NCBI GenBank assembly: GCA_038229375.1
Contig: JBBRON010000027.1
Span: 92 to 64,091, forward strand
DNA length: 64,000 nt
Direction: 5' to 3'
DNA from: Cytophagales bacterium
GTDB taxonomy: Bacteria; Bacteroidota; Bacteroidia; Cytophagales; Cyclobacteriaceae
Shown: positions 19,711 to 29,460 of the stretch, piece by piece
Layout of the letters: each line of letters opens with the position of its first letter
Position numbering within the stretch: position 1 is the first letter of the stretch
Translations under genes and position numbers: made by a program
The notes under the pieces: model-generated
Databases searched by the model: none
What the model was told of the DNA's origin: nothing
Seen by the model: only the letters and a program-made list of their open reading frames with translations

Positions 19711-21225
19711 ATGATGAAACCACTAATCAGAATAACACTCATCCTGTTTGTACTTGCCATGTCAGGATGTAAAGACTTTCTTAACGAACCTCTTCAGGGA
19801 ACGTACTCAAACGCGACCTTTTACAAAACGGAGGCCCATGCTCTGCTTGCTATCACAGGAGTGTACAACGCCGCGTCGTTTGTCAGCACAGAAAACAATC
19901 TCTGGGTCTTTGGCGATGTGGCATCTGACGATGCAACGAAAGGTGGATTGGCCGGAGATCAAAGTGACATTCAGTTCATTGATGAATTCAACTATGCCCG
20001 GAACAATGCTTCCATTGAAAAAGTCTGGAAGCGTTACTATGAAGGTATCTCGCGCGCAAACTATCTTTTATACTACGGTCCCACAATCGATATGGATGTT
20101 TCACGCCGTAACAGAATCCTGGCTGAAGCAAAATTTCTTCGCGCATATTTCTATTTTAATCTGGTAAACATTTTTGGTGAAATACCGATCAAGCTTAACC
20201 CTCCACTCAATCCGGACGATATTAACAAGCCTACTTCTTCAGTGGCATTGGTATACGCTCAAATAGAAAAAGACCTAAAAGAAGCGATAGCTGTTTTGCC
20301 AAGAGTTTTTTCTGGTTCAGACCTCGGCAGGGCACCAAAAGGTGCAGCCTGGGGACTTTTAGCGAAGACCTATCTCTATCAACAACAGTGGCAAAGCGCT
20401 TTGACGGCAATTGATTCGATTAATGCTATTGGCATCTACAGCCTTCAACGTGTTTACAAGAATAACTTTATTGATTCTACTCAAAACAATACTGAATCCC
20501 TTTTTGAGATCCAGCATATCAGCGGACAATCTCCAAAACTAGACAGTTATTTGAATCAATACTTCTCCCCATCCAAAGACAATGGCTATTTCTTCGACGC
20601 GCCACTCAAAAACTTTGTCGATGAATTCGAAAAAACAGCAAGTGATATTCCTGACCCACGCCTTGATTACTCTGTGGGTAGAAAAGGGCAAAAGTGGGTT
20701 AACGGGGAAGAATTTGATCCCATTATTTCAGGTGGTCCTCAGCCGCCAGCGTGGTCACCGACGGGGTATCTCAGCCGAAAGCACGTACAGCCAAAGAAAG
20801 AAGAACCACTTCCAGGATATTCCAGCATGAACTATGTGTATATGCGATATGCTGATGTTTTATTAATGAAAGCGGAGGCATTAAACGAATTAGGCAGAGG
20901 TGCTGAAGCTCAAACTCCCCTGAACGCTGTGCGCAAACGGGCACGCGAAAGTTATCTGTTCGACAAAGATCTCACGGGATTTGGAGCGATACCGGCCGGG
21001 CTTTTACCCGATGTAGTTACTGCAAATCAGACCAATCTGAGAACCGCGATTCAGCATGAGCGGCGGGTGGAGCTAGGGCTTGAGTTTCATCGCTATTTCG
21101 ATCTCATGCGTTACGGTAAGCAAACCGCGGAAGCAGCCCTCGGATCCGCAGGCTTTAACTACGATAAGCGATACTTCACAATACCTCAATCAGAACTTGA
21201 TACGAATCCAGCTATTACCAAATAA
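19711..21225 (+). CDS. SusD/RagB-family nutrient-binding outer-membrane lipoprotein
   Basis: Lipobox LAMSGCKDFL, SusD-like blocks (WKRYYEGISRANYLL, RAYFYFNLVNIFGEIP, MRYADVLLMKAEALNELG, ERRVELGLEFHRYFDLMRYG). Confidence 0.95.
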   Translation: MMKPLIRITLILFVLAMSGCKDFLNEPLQGTYSNATFYKTEAHALLAITGVYNAASFVSTENNLWVFGDVASDDATKGGLAGDQSDIQFIDEFNYARNNASIEKVWKRYYEGISRANYLLYYGPTIDMDVSRRNRILAEAKFLRAYFYFNLVNIFGEIPIKLNPPLNPDDINKPTSSVALVYAQIEKDLKEAIAVLPRVFSGSDLGRAPKGAAWGLLAKTYLYQQQWQSALTAIDSINAIGIYSLQRVYKNNFIDSTQNNTESLFEIQHISGQSPKLDSYLNQYFSPSKDNGYFFDAPLKNFVDEFEKTASDIPDPRLDYSVGRKGQKWVNGEEFDPIISGGPQPPAWSPTGYLSRKHVQPKKEEPLPGYSSMNYVYMRYADVLLMKAEALNELGRGAEAQTPLNAVRKRARESYLFDKDLTGFGAIPAGLLPDVVTANQTNLRTAIQHERRVELGLEFHRYFDLMRYGKQTAEAALGSAGFNYDKRYFTIPQSELDTNPAITK

Positions 21226-21271
21226 TTATGCGTCAGTGAATATTCATTTTAAACCAATTAAACAATCAGTT

Positions 21272-22348
21272 ATGAAAACAAAAGTTAAATTAATTCTCTC
21301 TATGGCGATCGTCCTGCTCATGGCTGGGATGTTCGCTTCGTGCAAAAAAGACGATGCAGCGGCGCCGGTAGTTAAGACAGGTTTATCTGTTGAAATTGCA
21401 GTTGCCAATGCCTTGATCGCAAGTTCTACCGAAGGAGTTGGTGGTGGTCAGTTTTTGAAAGGATCCAAAGCAACCTTGCAAACAGCTATTGATGCAGCAA
21501 ACGCTGTATTTAACAACGCAGCAGCAACTCAGGCCGCAGTGACAAGTGCCACTGTCAACCTTACCGCAGCTGTTACCACTTTTAACGCTCAGGTAGTGAC
21601 ACCGATTGATCCAACCAATCTCGTTGGTCAGTGGACGTTCGATGAGATTACTGCTACGGCTGAAGGTACAGTTGTTAAAGACTATTCTGGCAATAGCCGC
21701 AATGGAACAGTAAAGACTGGTAATGCATTCTTTGGAGCGGGTAATATTACCCTCGCGGCTGACCGTTACGGTATAGCCGGCAAAGCCATCCATTTTGACA
21801 AGGGTAGCAATGTTGAAATTCCTTACAACACTGCGTTGAATCCGGCAAACATGTCAATATCACTTTGGGCGAAGGCTGATGTGAATTCACCTATCCACAA
21901 TGACAATTACATGATCGCAATGAATCGTTGGAATGGTTATAAGTTGAACTTCCAGTCTGATCCGAAAGCGTTCTTCACCGTTCACGCGACAGACGGAGCC
22001 AATAGCCCAATCTATGACAGAGACAATGCCTCACCGCTTGTTACCCAGGGCACCTGGTGGCACATCGTTGTTACGTTTGGTGGCGGTCACATGGTATTCT
22101 ATTTGAATGGTATAGCTGTTAAAGATTGGGATAATACTCCAGGAACGGCGTTCTCGCTTTCTGCTGCACCTGTCAATCTGGTCTTTGGTCAGGATTTGCC
22201 AACCTCTGGCTATTCCAATAATTCTGCCGACCCTAACTATCTGAATTATGGTGGATTCTATATTGGTACGTTGGATGAAGTGCGGATGTACAAATCCGTT
22301 CTTACTGCGTCTCAGGTAACCAGTATTTATACGGTTGAAAAGCCTTAA
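21272..22348 (+). CDS. LamG/concanavalin-A-like lectin domain lipoprotein with FIVAR-like helical N-terminal module (candidate surface glycan-binding protein)
   Basis: Lipobox LLMAGMFASCKKDD. About half of the residues match 7057..8130 across the LamG part by eye. Sits in the SusE/F position directly after susD. The track start at 21080 overlaps susD and precedes the signal peptide. Confidence 0.8.
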   Translation: MKTKVKLILSMAIVLLMAGMFASCKKDDAAAPVVKTGLSVEIAVANALIASSTEGVGGGQFLKGSKATLQTAIDAANAVFNNAAATQAAVTSATVNLTAAVTTFNAQVVTPIDPTNLVGQWTFDEITATAEGTVVKDYSGNSRNGTVKTGNAFFGAGNITLAADRYGIAGKAIHFDKGSNVEIPYNTALNPANMSISLWAKADVNSPIHNDNYMIAMNRWNGYKLNFQSDPKAFFTVHATDGANSPIYDRDNASPLVTQGTWWHIVVTFGGGHMVFYLNGIAVKDWDNTPGTAFSLSAAPVNLVFGQDLPTSGYSNNSADPNYLNYGGFYIGTLDEVRMYKSVLTASQVTSIYTVEKP

Positions 22349-22380
22349 CGTGAAAAACAATTTTTGAGGTTAAGTTGTAA

Positions 22381-22412
22381 AAAGGGGACGGTGAATTCAC
22401 TGTCCCTTTTTT
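22381..22412 (+). terminator. Rho-independent terminator after the LamG lipoprotein gene
   Basis: GGGACGGTG-AATT-CACTGTCCC hairpin (one G-U pair) followed by TTTTTT. Confidence 0.7.
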
Positions 22413-22443
22413 ATCTTTAAAGTATAATCATATCTGTAAGGAA

Positions 22444-25400
22444 ATGAAAAAGGTTTGGCTTGGATTTGCGTTGTTGATGAGTTTGTTAACCGGACCAGTG
22501 GTGGGCCAGGTTGGACAAATAACTTTGAATCGCGTTGAGCAGATGCCGAATATGCCCGCTCCGTATAAAATGCGGAATTGGAAAGAGGTTGCCGTGAAAT
22601 ACGATCAGTATGTATTTTCCTCAGGAGCTATTGGGCAATATCTACCTCTCATCCATATAAAGGCGAGTGGTATCAATTATCCTTTACTGCAACCTATCCT
22701 TCTCGATACGTATGTCGGCTCCGCTTCTGCTGGAAGTCAGGCAGAGGGAATAAATATTATACCGTCCTTAGTCGGTGCCACGCTGGTTGGAGCGAATAAA
22801 TCCAATCAAAACGGTATGGACTGGACTAGCAAAACAAAAGACTTTTTTAATCTCGCTAATAGTCAGAATGTATACCTTAACGGGTATTCGTCGTCCAGTG
22901 GTGGCGATTGGTGGTACGATGTGATGCCAAACATTTTTTTCTACCAGCTATATTCACAATATCCCAACACGCCGGATTATAGTCAGCAGTTTACCAGTGT
23001 AGCTAACCGTTGGCTTGGTGCTGTTAACGCAATGGGTGCTTCCTCATCCCCGTGGACTATTCCACAAATGAATTACAGGGCATTTAATTTTAGCACGATG
23101 ACGCCTCTTGCTTCTGGCGTGATTGAGCCCGAAGCTGCAGGTGGTATTGCGTGGCTTCTGTACCATGCGTATCTGAAAACAGGAGATGAAAAATATCTAA
23201 CCGGTGCTCAGCAGTCAATCGAGTTTTTATCCGGCCTTACTTCAAATCCTTCCTATGAGCTCCAACTCCCCTATGGCACCTTTATCGCCGCTAAAATGAA
23301 TGCGGAGATTGGAAGTCACTATGATATTGAGAAAATGCTCAATTGGAGTTTTAATCGTGGCGCACTGAGAGGTTGGGGAACTATTGTAGGCAAATGGAAT
23401 GGTTCAGATGTGTCAGGTCTTGTTGGTGAAGCAAATGATGGTGGAAATGATTACGCCTTTGCATTAAATGGCTTTCAGCAAGCAGCTGCTCTCGTGCCTC
23501 TTGTGAAGTATGACAAGCGATTTGCCAGGGCTATTGGCAAATGGACTCTTAATCTCGCCAACGCCAGTCGCTTATACTATCCAAAATATCTCCCTTCAGC
23601 AAGTCAAGATGATTTCGGCTGGAGTATTTCAAATGATCCCGAATCTGTTATCGGTTATGAAGCTTTGAAAGAAAATAGTAATGGAAAACTATTATATGGA
23701 ACAGGCGATGCGAAGCGAAATGGTTGGGCTCAAACCAACCTTGGACTTTATGGCTCTTCAAGTGTTGGATATTTAGCAGCAGTTGTAGATACTACGAATG
23801 TAAGCGGCGTATTGCGACTTGATCTCAATCGCACTGATTTCTACGGCGAGAATAAATTTCCGTCTTATCTTATTTTTAATCCTTATGGCTCGAGTAAACA
23901 AGTAATTCTTCCGTTGGGTCCCCAAACCTATGATATCTATAATGCGATTTCAGAGACCATTATTAAAACCGGTGTCACCGGGGATGTTCCAATTGACGTG
24001 CCTGCTGATGAAGCAGTAATATTGGTTTACCTTCCTCAGGGTTCGTCACCCGTTGCCAGAAACGGAAAGCTTTATTTGGGGGATGATGTTGTCGATTTTA
24101 ATCTTGGCTACAACTTTATGACGAAACTCCGGATCAAATCACTGGCAACGACCGATTCACTAGTCCAATTTAATCAGAATGTACCCCTTTACAGCGCGAT
24201 CGATAGCCCCGCAGGTACTGTTACTTACAATTGGTACATCAATGGAGTTCTATCATTGACTTCTACAGCTGAGGCATTTACCTGGACAGTTCCAGCGGTT
24301 GCTGGAAAATACAAGATACTGCTGGAAATAACCTCTGCCGCCTTATCCGCCAAAGATAGCGTCATGTTGAGAGTCGTGCAAAGGATTCCGGTCCCTCCTG
24401 TCATTACCGATTTTACTACCGACAAAGATTTCTACTATACTGGCACGGCTGCATCTATTACGTGCAACGCCAGCAACTCTTTCGGCGGAGCGTTGCAATT
24501 TGCGTGGACATTCTCCGGAGGATCAATTGCCAGTCAGAGCGGTCCAACTCTTAATTGGAATGTCCCAACATCGGAAGGGTTATATACGGTCGCCTGCCAG
24601 GTAACAAATTCAGACAATCTAAAAACCACTTTTTCAAAACAAATTCTTGTTAAAAAAATAGGCGCGGGCGCTACTGCCCCATTTGCTTATTACTCCCTTG
24701 ATGGAAATGTCCTTGACAATAGTGGTAATGGTCATGACGGAGTATTACAAGGGGCACAACCAGCAATGGACTCGCGTGGTCTGGCCAACAAAGCCTATAA
24801 ATTTTCCACAAGCGCAGATGTTATATCAGTAGCCAATACAATGGCTATGAATTTCCAAAATGCAATAACCCTTTCCTTTTGGGTACGGCTTGACGGCGTG
24901 CCCCAGGAAACGTTCATACTTTCTCATGGCAGCTATGAAGAGCGCTGGAAAGTGTCGGTAACACCTGATAAAAAACTGCGATGGACTGTGAAGACCAGTA
25001 CCTCTGTAAAAGACCTCGATAGCTCCTTTCCGCTGGAACTGAACCGCTTCTATCATTTTACCGTCGTATACTCCGGGTACTCAATGGAACTCTATGCAGA
25101 CGGTTCATTGAATGCATACCTTGCGAATAGTGGATTGATCTCCATTACCGGCAAGCCACTTACTCTTGGAAGAAAGGACCTTGATATTGCCAATTATTAT
25201 CTGCGGGGGACGCTGGATGAAGTCCGAATCTATGATAAGGCCCTTGCTCCTGATGAGATCGCAACCCTCAAAACGATATTTAGCGCCGCAGTCATTACCG
25301 GTGTAAAGGCTGACGCTACCACCGACTATATTTTATATCCTAATCCAGCAAAGGGAGTCGTATTTCTTTCGACTATTGCTGATCAGGTGAGGCGCGTTGA

Positions 25401-25560
25401 GTTGATGGACATAACAGGTCGAATGATTACCTCGTCATATTCGGTGGAAAATCACAAAACGATTCGAATAGACTTTGATAAGGGCATCACCGGAGTCATA
25501 ATAATGAAGATTGGGACCCCCGAGGAAGTTGTTTACAGAAAAATGATTGCCACGCAGTAA
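22444..25560 (+). CDS. Multidomain secreted protein: uncharacterised enzyme-like domain, two Ig/PKD-like modules, a LamG domain and a T9SS C-terminal sorting domain
   Basis: Cleavable signal peptide (no Cys). N-terminal ~560 aa paralogous to 14835..16619. Ig-like repeats (YNWYINGV...FTWTVPAVAGKYKILLEI; FAWTFSGG...LNWNVPTSEGLYTVACQVTN). LamG block (LDGNVLDNSGNGHDG...LDEVRIYDKALAPDEIATL). CTD motif ILYPNPAKGVVFLS near the end. Confidence 0.85.
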   Translation: MKKVWLGFALLMSLLTGPVVGQVGQITLNRVEQMPNMPAPYKMRNWKEVAVKYDQYVFSSGAIGQYLPLIHIKASGINYPLLQPILLDTYVGSASAGSQAEGINIIPSLVGATLVGANKSNQNGMDWTSKTKDFFNLANSQNVYLNGYSSSSGGDWWYDVMPNIFFYQLYSQYPNTPDYSQQFTSVANRWLGAVNAMGASSSPWTIPQMNYRAFNFSTMTPLASGVIEPEAAGGIAWLLYHAYLKTGDEKYLTGAQQSIEFLSGLTSNPSYELQLPYGTFIAAKMNAEIGSHYDIEKMLNWSFNRGALRGWGTIVGKWNGSDVSGLVGEANDGGNDYAFALNGFQQAAALVPLVKYDKRFARAIGKWTLNLANASRLYYPKYLPSASQDDFGWSISNDPESVIGYEALKENSNGKLLYGTGDAKRNGWAQTNLGLYGSSSVGYLAAVVDTTNVSGVLRLDLNRTDFYGENKFPSYLIFNPYGSSKQVILPLGPQTYDIYNAISETIIKTGVTGDVPIDVPADEAVILVYLPQGSSPVARNGKLYLGDDVVDFNLGYNFMTKLRIKSLATTDSLVQFNQNVPLYSAIDSPAGTVTYNWYINGVLSLTSTAEAFTWTVPAVAGKYKILLEITSAALSAKDSVMLRVVQRIPVPPVITDFTTDKDFYYTGTAASITCNASNSFGGALQFAWTFSGGSIASQSGPTLNWNVPTSEGLYTVACQVTNSDNLKTTFSKQILVKKIGAGATAPFAYYSLDGNVLDNSGNGHDGVLQGAQPAMDSRGLANKAYKFSTSADVISVANTMAMNFQNAITLSFWVRLDGVPQETFILSHGSYEERWKVSVTPDKKLRWTVKTSTSVKDLDSSFPLELNRFYHFTVVYSGYSMELYADGSLNAYLANSGLISITGKPLTLGRKDLDIANYYLRGTLDEVRIYDKALAPDEIATLKTIFSAAVITGVKADATTDYILYPNPAKGVVFLSTIADQVRRVELMDITGRMITSSYSVENHKTIRIDFDKGITGVIIMKIGTPEEVVYRKMIATQ

Positions 25561-25564
25561 AATA

Positions 25565-28500
25565 ATGACCATGCGTCGATCTACGGCCGCACTGTTTTAT
25601 CCGATTTTCCATGCTGTCTTGCTTGCAAGTATGATATCGTGCGCGACCGACCCCGACACGTTGTTCTCCCGGTTAAATTCCGGCACAACAGGAATTGTTT
25701 TTAGAAATCTCCTGAAGGAAAATGATCCTGAATTCAGCATTCTTGGATACCCTTATTTTTACAACGGTGGCGGAGTGGCTGTGGGTGACATAAATAATGA
25801 TGGCCTGCAAGACGTCCTGTTTACAGGGAATATGGTGAAAAATGCTCTGTACTTAAATAAAGGAAATTTCAAATTTAATGACATAACAACTGGCGCTACT
25901 CTTGATAGCTTCGATGGCTGGAATTCAGGTGCCACAATGGTCGACATTAATGGCGATGGCTGGCTGGATATTTACGTCTGTCGATCTGGTTCGTCCAAAG
26001 TCAGTGAACGCCGGAACCTTCTTTTTATAAACAATAAAGACCTCACGTTTACTGAAAGTGCAGAAAAATTTGGCCTGGATGACACCGGATATTCTACACA
26101 AGCCTCTTTCTTCGACTACGATAAGGATGGTGATCTTGACATGGTTCTGATTAATCAATCCGATCCAAAATTTGCCCGGGGTTATCAGGACTACATGCAA
26201 ACACGAAAACAAATAGCAGATCCTGCCTTGGCCAATAAACTGTTCAGAAATGACAACGGTCACTTTGTTAATGTGTCAGGCGCGGCAGGAATAAGATCAA
26301 ACATTTATTCCTTTAGCTTAGGCTTAAACACCTCGGACATTAATCAGGATGGCTGGCCGGATATTTATATCGGTAACGATTTTGAAGAGCCGGATTACCT
26401 GTACATCAACAATAGAAATGGAACGTTTACTGACAGTCTTGTTGCTAAAATTGACCATACCTCCCTGTTCACTATGGGTGTTGATGTCGCAGATTATAAC
26501 AACGATCTGCTTGTGGATATAATTTCCCTGGATATGCTGCCGGAAAGCAATTATGACCAGAAGATGCACATGGCTAATGATAATTTCTCAAGAACCAATT
26601 TCATGTTTCAGAATGGCGTCCCGTTCCAGTATATGAAAAATTCGCTTCAGAAGAACAATGGAGATGGAACTTTCAGTGAAATAGGTCAATTGGCAGGAAT
26701 TTCCAATACGGATTGGAGTTGGTCAGCTCTCATCGCTGATTTTGACAACGATGGTCTTAAAGATCTTTTCGTCACTAATGGATATAAGCGTGACAACACA
26801 AATATGGAATTTATGGGTTACGCCATGGATCAGTCCTTAAGGATTCAAAAAGGAGATAAGGCAGTAAGCGTCCCCGAATATATCTCGCACATGCCTGGCA
26901 TTAGTCTTCCTAACTATATTTTTCAGAATGATGGTCACGACCACTTTTCAAATAAAGCAAAGGATTGGGGCTTTAATCACAGCACATTCTCGCATGGTGC
27001 TGCCTATGCCGATCTTGACGATGATGGGGATCTTGATTTGATTACTAACAATACCGATGATGATGCTGGCATTTATAGAAATAACAGCGAGAGATTATTG
27101 AAAAATAGCTTTCTTAAGATACGGCTTCAGGGAGTCCCTGAAAATCTGTCGGGAATAGGATCAAAAATTTATGCCTATGCGGGAAACGATAAATACTACC
27201 TCGAACAAAATCCGGTAAGGGGATATCAGTCATCAATTGCAACTGAACTTCTGATTGGACTCGGAAAACACCTGACTGTTGACTCTTTGCGAATAATATG
27301 GCCAGGCGACGAAAGTCAATCATTGAAAGAACTAGATGTAAATCAAACGATTACACTATCAATTAGTAACGCCACCAGGCGTCCCCGAGCATCAACAACC
27401 GATCCGACCAGGTTTTTCAACGAGGTGAAATCGATTGACTTTGTTCATGTTGAAAATAATGTAAATGACTTCACAAGGCAGTACTTGCTACCCCACTTTC
27501 TGTCCTATACCGGCCCTTGTCTCGCAAAAGGTGACATCAACGGCGATGGACTCAATGACATATTTGTTGGTGGTGCTAAAGGTCAGGCTGGTGCCATTTT
27601 TATTCAAAGGAAGGATTTAAGTTTTGGACAGTTGATAACTCCGGAATTTGACAAGGATAGGGAGAGCGAAGACGTGGACGCAGTGTTTTTCGATTCTGAT
27701 GGTGACGGCGACCTTGATTTGTATGTGGTCAGCGGCGGTTATGAATTTGAGAATAATTCGCCACTCCTTCAGGACAGGATCTATACGAATGATGGCAGGG
27801 GTGATTTTTCAAAGTCACCCGAGATACTGCCTTCGAATTTAACCAACAAGACATGCGTGAGGCCGGTAGATTTTGACAACGATGGGGATCTGGACCTATT
27901 TATCGGCGGCGGAGTAATACCAGGGAATTATCCATTGGCATCCCCGAGCAAAATTTATTTTAATAATGGCAAAGGAAATTTTACATCGAAAAAACCAGCC
28001 AACGCGGCACTGGGAATCGTTAATGATGCTGTGTGGATTGACCTGAATAATGATGGCAAAAAAGATTTGATTACAGCTGGTGAATGGGCCCCTTTAAAAG
28101 CCTTTCTAACGGAGGGAATGCTTTTTAAGGATGTCTCCACACAGTGGTTTCCGTTCCCAAGTGACGGTTGGTGGAATTGTATCACAGCCTTAGATATCGA
28201 CAATGATGGTGACCTTGATCTGACGGTTGGAAATTATGGCGGAAATTCGCAATTGAAAGCATCAGAACAATTTCCGATACAATTGTATTCCATGGACTTC
28301 GATAACAATGGTTCAATTGATCCATTGATCACTTATTACAATAAGGAAGAGTCTGTTCCACTTGCTTTTCGTGACGACTTACTATCACAATTGCCCTTCT
28401 TAAAAAAGAAGTTCAATGACTACACAAGCTATGCCAAGACTACCATTAATGGAGTACTCTCCTCTGACCAGATGTCAAAATCGTCAGTTCTTAAAATAAA

Positions 28501-28855
28501 CGTATTATCATCTCTCCTTCTTGAAAATACTGGTAAAAGTTTTGTGAAGAAAGAGCTGCCACTTGAAGCACAGTATGCGTCTGTGCATTACGCAGCGTCA
28601 GCCGATATTAATCATGATGGAAATCAGGACCTCATTCTGGGAGGCAACAATATTCATAATCGGATCTATCTTGGACGTGATGACGCAAATCATGGTATGC
28701 TGCTGCTGGGAGATGGGAAAGGAAATTTTTCATATGTAAGCCAAAGTGTTTCTGGATTGAAATTGCGGGGAGATGTGCGGCACATTCTGGTTGATGGCAA
28801 TCGTATTTTATTCGGAATTAACAACTCGTCAGTAAGGACGTATGAATTTGAATAG
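25565..28855 (+). CDS. FG-GAP/VCBS repeat protein with central ASPIC/UnbV domain (CRTAC1-family lipoprotein)
   Basis: Many FG-GAP-type repeats (GDINNDGLQDV, VDINGDGWLDIYV, FDYDKDGDLDMV, DLDDDGDLDLI, FDSDGDGDLDLYV, DFDNDGDLDLF). ASPIC/UnbV block RLQGVPENLSGIGSKIYAYAGNDKYYLEQNPVRGYQSS. Lipobox LLASMISCATD. Confidence 0.85.
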   Translation: MTMRRSTAALFYPIFHAVLLASMISCATDPDTLFSRLNSGTTGIVFRNLLKENDPEFSILGYPYFYNGGGVAVGDINNDGLQDVLFTGNMVKNALYLNKGNFKFNDITTGATLDSFDGWNSGATMVDINGDGWLDIYVCRSGSSKVSERRNLLFINNKDLTFTESAEKFGLDDTGYSTQASFFDYDKDGDLDMVLINQSDPKFARGYQDYMQTRKQIADPALANKLFRNDNGHFVNVSGAAGIRSNIYSFSLGLNTSDINQDGWPDIYIGNDFEEPDYLYINNRNGTFTDSLVAKIDHTSLFTMGVDVADYNNDLLVDIISLDMLPESNYDQKMHMANDNFSRTNFMFQNGVPFQYMKNSLQKNNGDGTFSEIGQLAGISNTDWSWSALIADFDNDGLKDLFVTNGYKRDNTNMEFMGYAMDQSLRIQKGDKAVSVPEYISHMPGISLPNYIFQNDGHDHFSNKAKDWGFNHSTFSHGAAYADLDDDGDLDLITNNTDDDAGIYRNNSERLLKNSFLKIRLQGVPENLSGIGSKIYAYAGNDKYYLEQNPVRGYQSSIATELLIGLGKHLTVDSLRIIWPGDESQSLKELDVNQTITLSISNATRRPRASTTDPTRFFNEVKSIDFVHVENNVNDFTRQYLLPHFLSYTGPCLAKGDINGDGLNDIFVGGAKGQAGAIFIQRKDLSFGQLITPEFDKDRESEDVDAVFFDSDGDGDLDLYVVSGGYEFENNSPLLQDRIYTNDGRGDFSKSPEILPSNLTNKTCVRPVDFDNDGDLDLFIGGGVIPGNYPLASPSKIYFNNGKGNFTSKKPANAALGIVNDAVWIDLNNDGKKDLITAGEWAPLKAFLTEGMLFKDVSTQWFPFPSDGWWNCITALDIDNDGDLDLTVGNYGGNSQLKASEQFPIQLYSMDFDNNGSIDPLITYYNKEESVPLAFRDDLLSQLPFLKKKFNDYTSYAKTTINGVLSSDQMSKSSVLKINVLSSLLLENTGKSFVKKELPLEAQYASVHYAASADINHDGNQDLILGGNNIHNRIYLGRDDANHGMLLLGDGKGNFSYVSQSVSGLKLRGDVRHILVDGNRILFGINNSSVRTYEFE

Positions 28856-28936
28856 GAAAAGACTGTCAGGATTTTGCGAAAACAGGGATGAACGTTCACG
28901 CTAAATACCGTAAACTTGCATTGAAACTACCTACTC

Positions 28937-29449
28937 ATGACGTTAGAACTAAAAAGCGCAGAAAAATCGGCTGTATTTACAGAAGTAGAGAACTTTCTCT
29001 CTCAGTGCAGTCTTGGTGTGGTAAATAAAGATTCAAGCCGCCCGTGGGGTGGATTTTTTGTAATTGATGAGATCCAGGCGCCTCACTTCGGCCGCCTGTT
29101 CTTTCCTGAGGTTGAATTAGCAACACTTAGAATTAGCGGGAAACTAAGTCCAAAGATCCTGGTAGTGCAACCCAATACGCGCCTCTCCTGGCAATACCAT
29201 CATCGCCGTGCGGAAATCTGGAGAGTGATTTCCGGTACAGTGGGAGTTGTTACCAGTCTTACGGATGTTGAAGAGGAAAAGAAGGAACTAAAAACGGGCG
29301 ATCTGATCCGCCTCGCCCAAGGTCAGCGACACCGGTTGGTGGGTTTGAACGGTTGGGGTGTAATAGCCGAAATCTGGCAACATACCGATCTTAATGATCC
29401 CTCAAATGAGGAAGACATCGTCCGGGTTCAGGACGATTTTGGCAGATAG
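28937..29449 (+). CDS. Cupin-fold protein resembling the type II phosphomannose isomerase cupin domain
   Basis: RPWGGFFVI ... LSWQYHHRRAEIWRVISG ... QRHRL, a pattern typical of the PMI-type cupin. Confidence 0.65.
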   Translation: MTLELKSAEKSAVFTEVENFLSQCSLGVVNKDSSRPWGGFFVIDEIQAPHFGRLFFPEVELATLRISGKLSPKILVVQPNTRLSWQYHHRRAEIWRVISGTVGVVTSLTDVEEEKKELKTGDLIRLAQGQRHRLVGLNGWGVIAEIWQHTDLNDPSNEEDIVRVQDDFGR

Positions 29450-29460
29450 ATTTTATTACA

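Noticed and set aside
21080-21271. Track start of the LamG lipoprotein ORF, 64 codons upstream and overlapping the susD 3' end
   Set aside because: The extension precedes an obvious signal peptide and lipobox, so the start at 21272 gives a normal lipoprotein. The same logic applies to 16573 (SusC, real start 16624), 33628 (GH43, 33502), 33732 (33816) and 14814 (14835).
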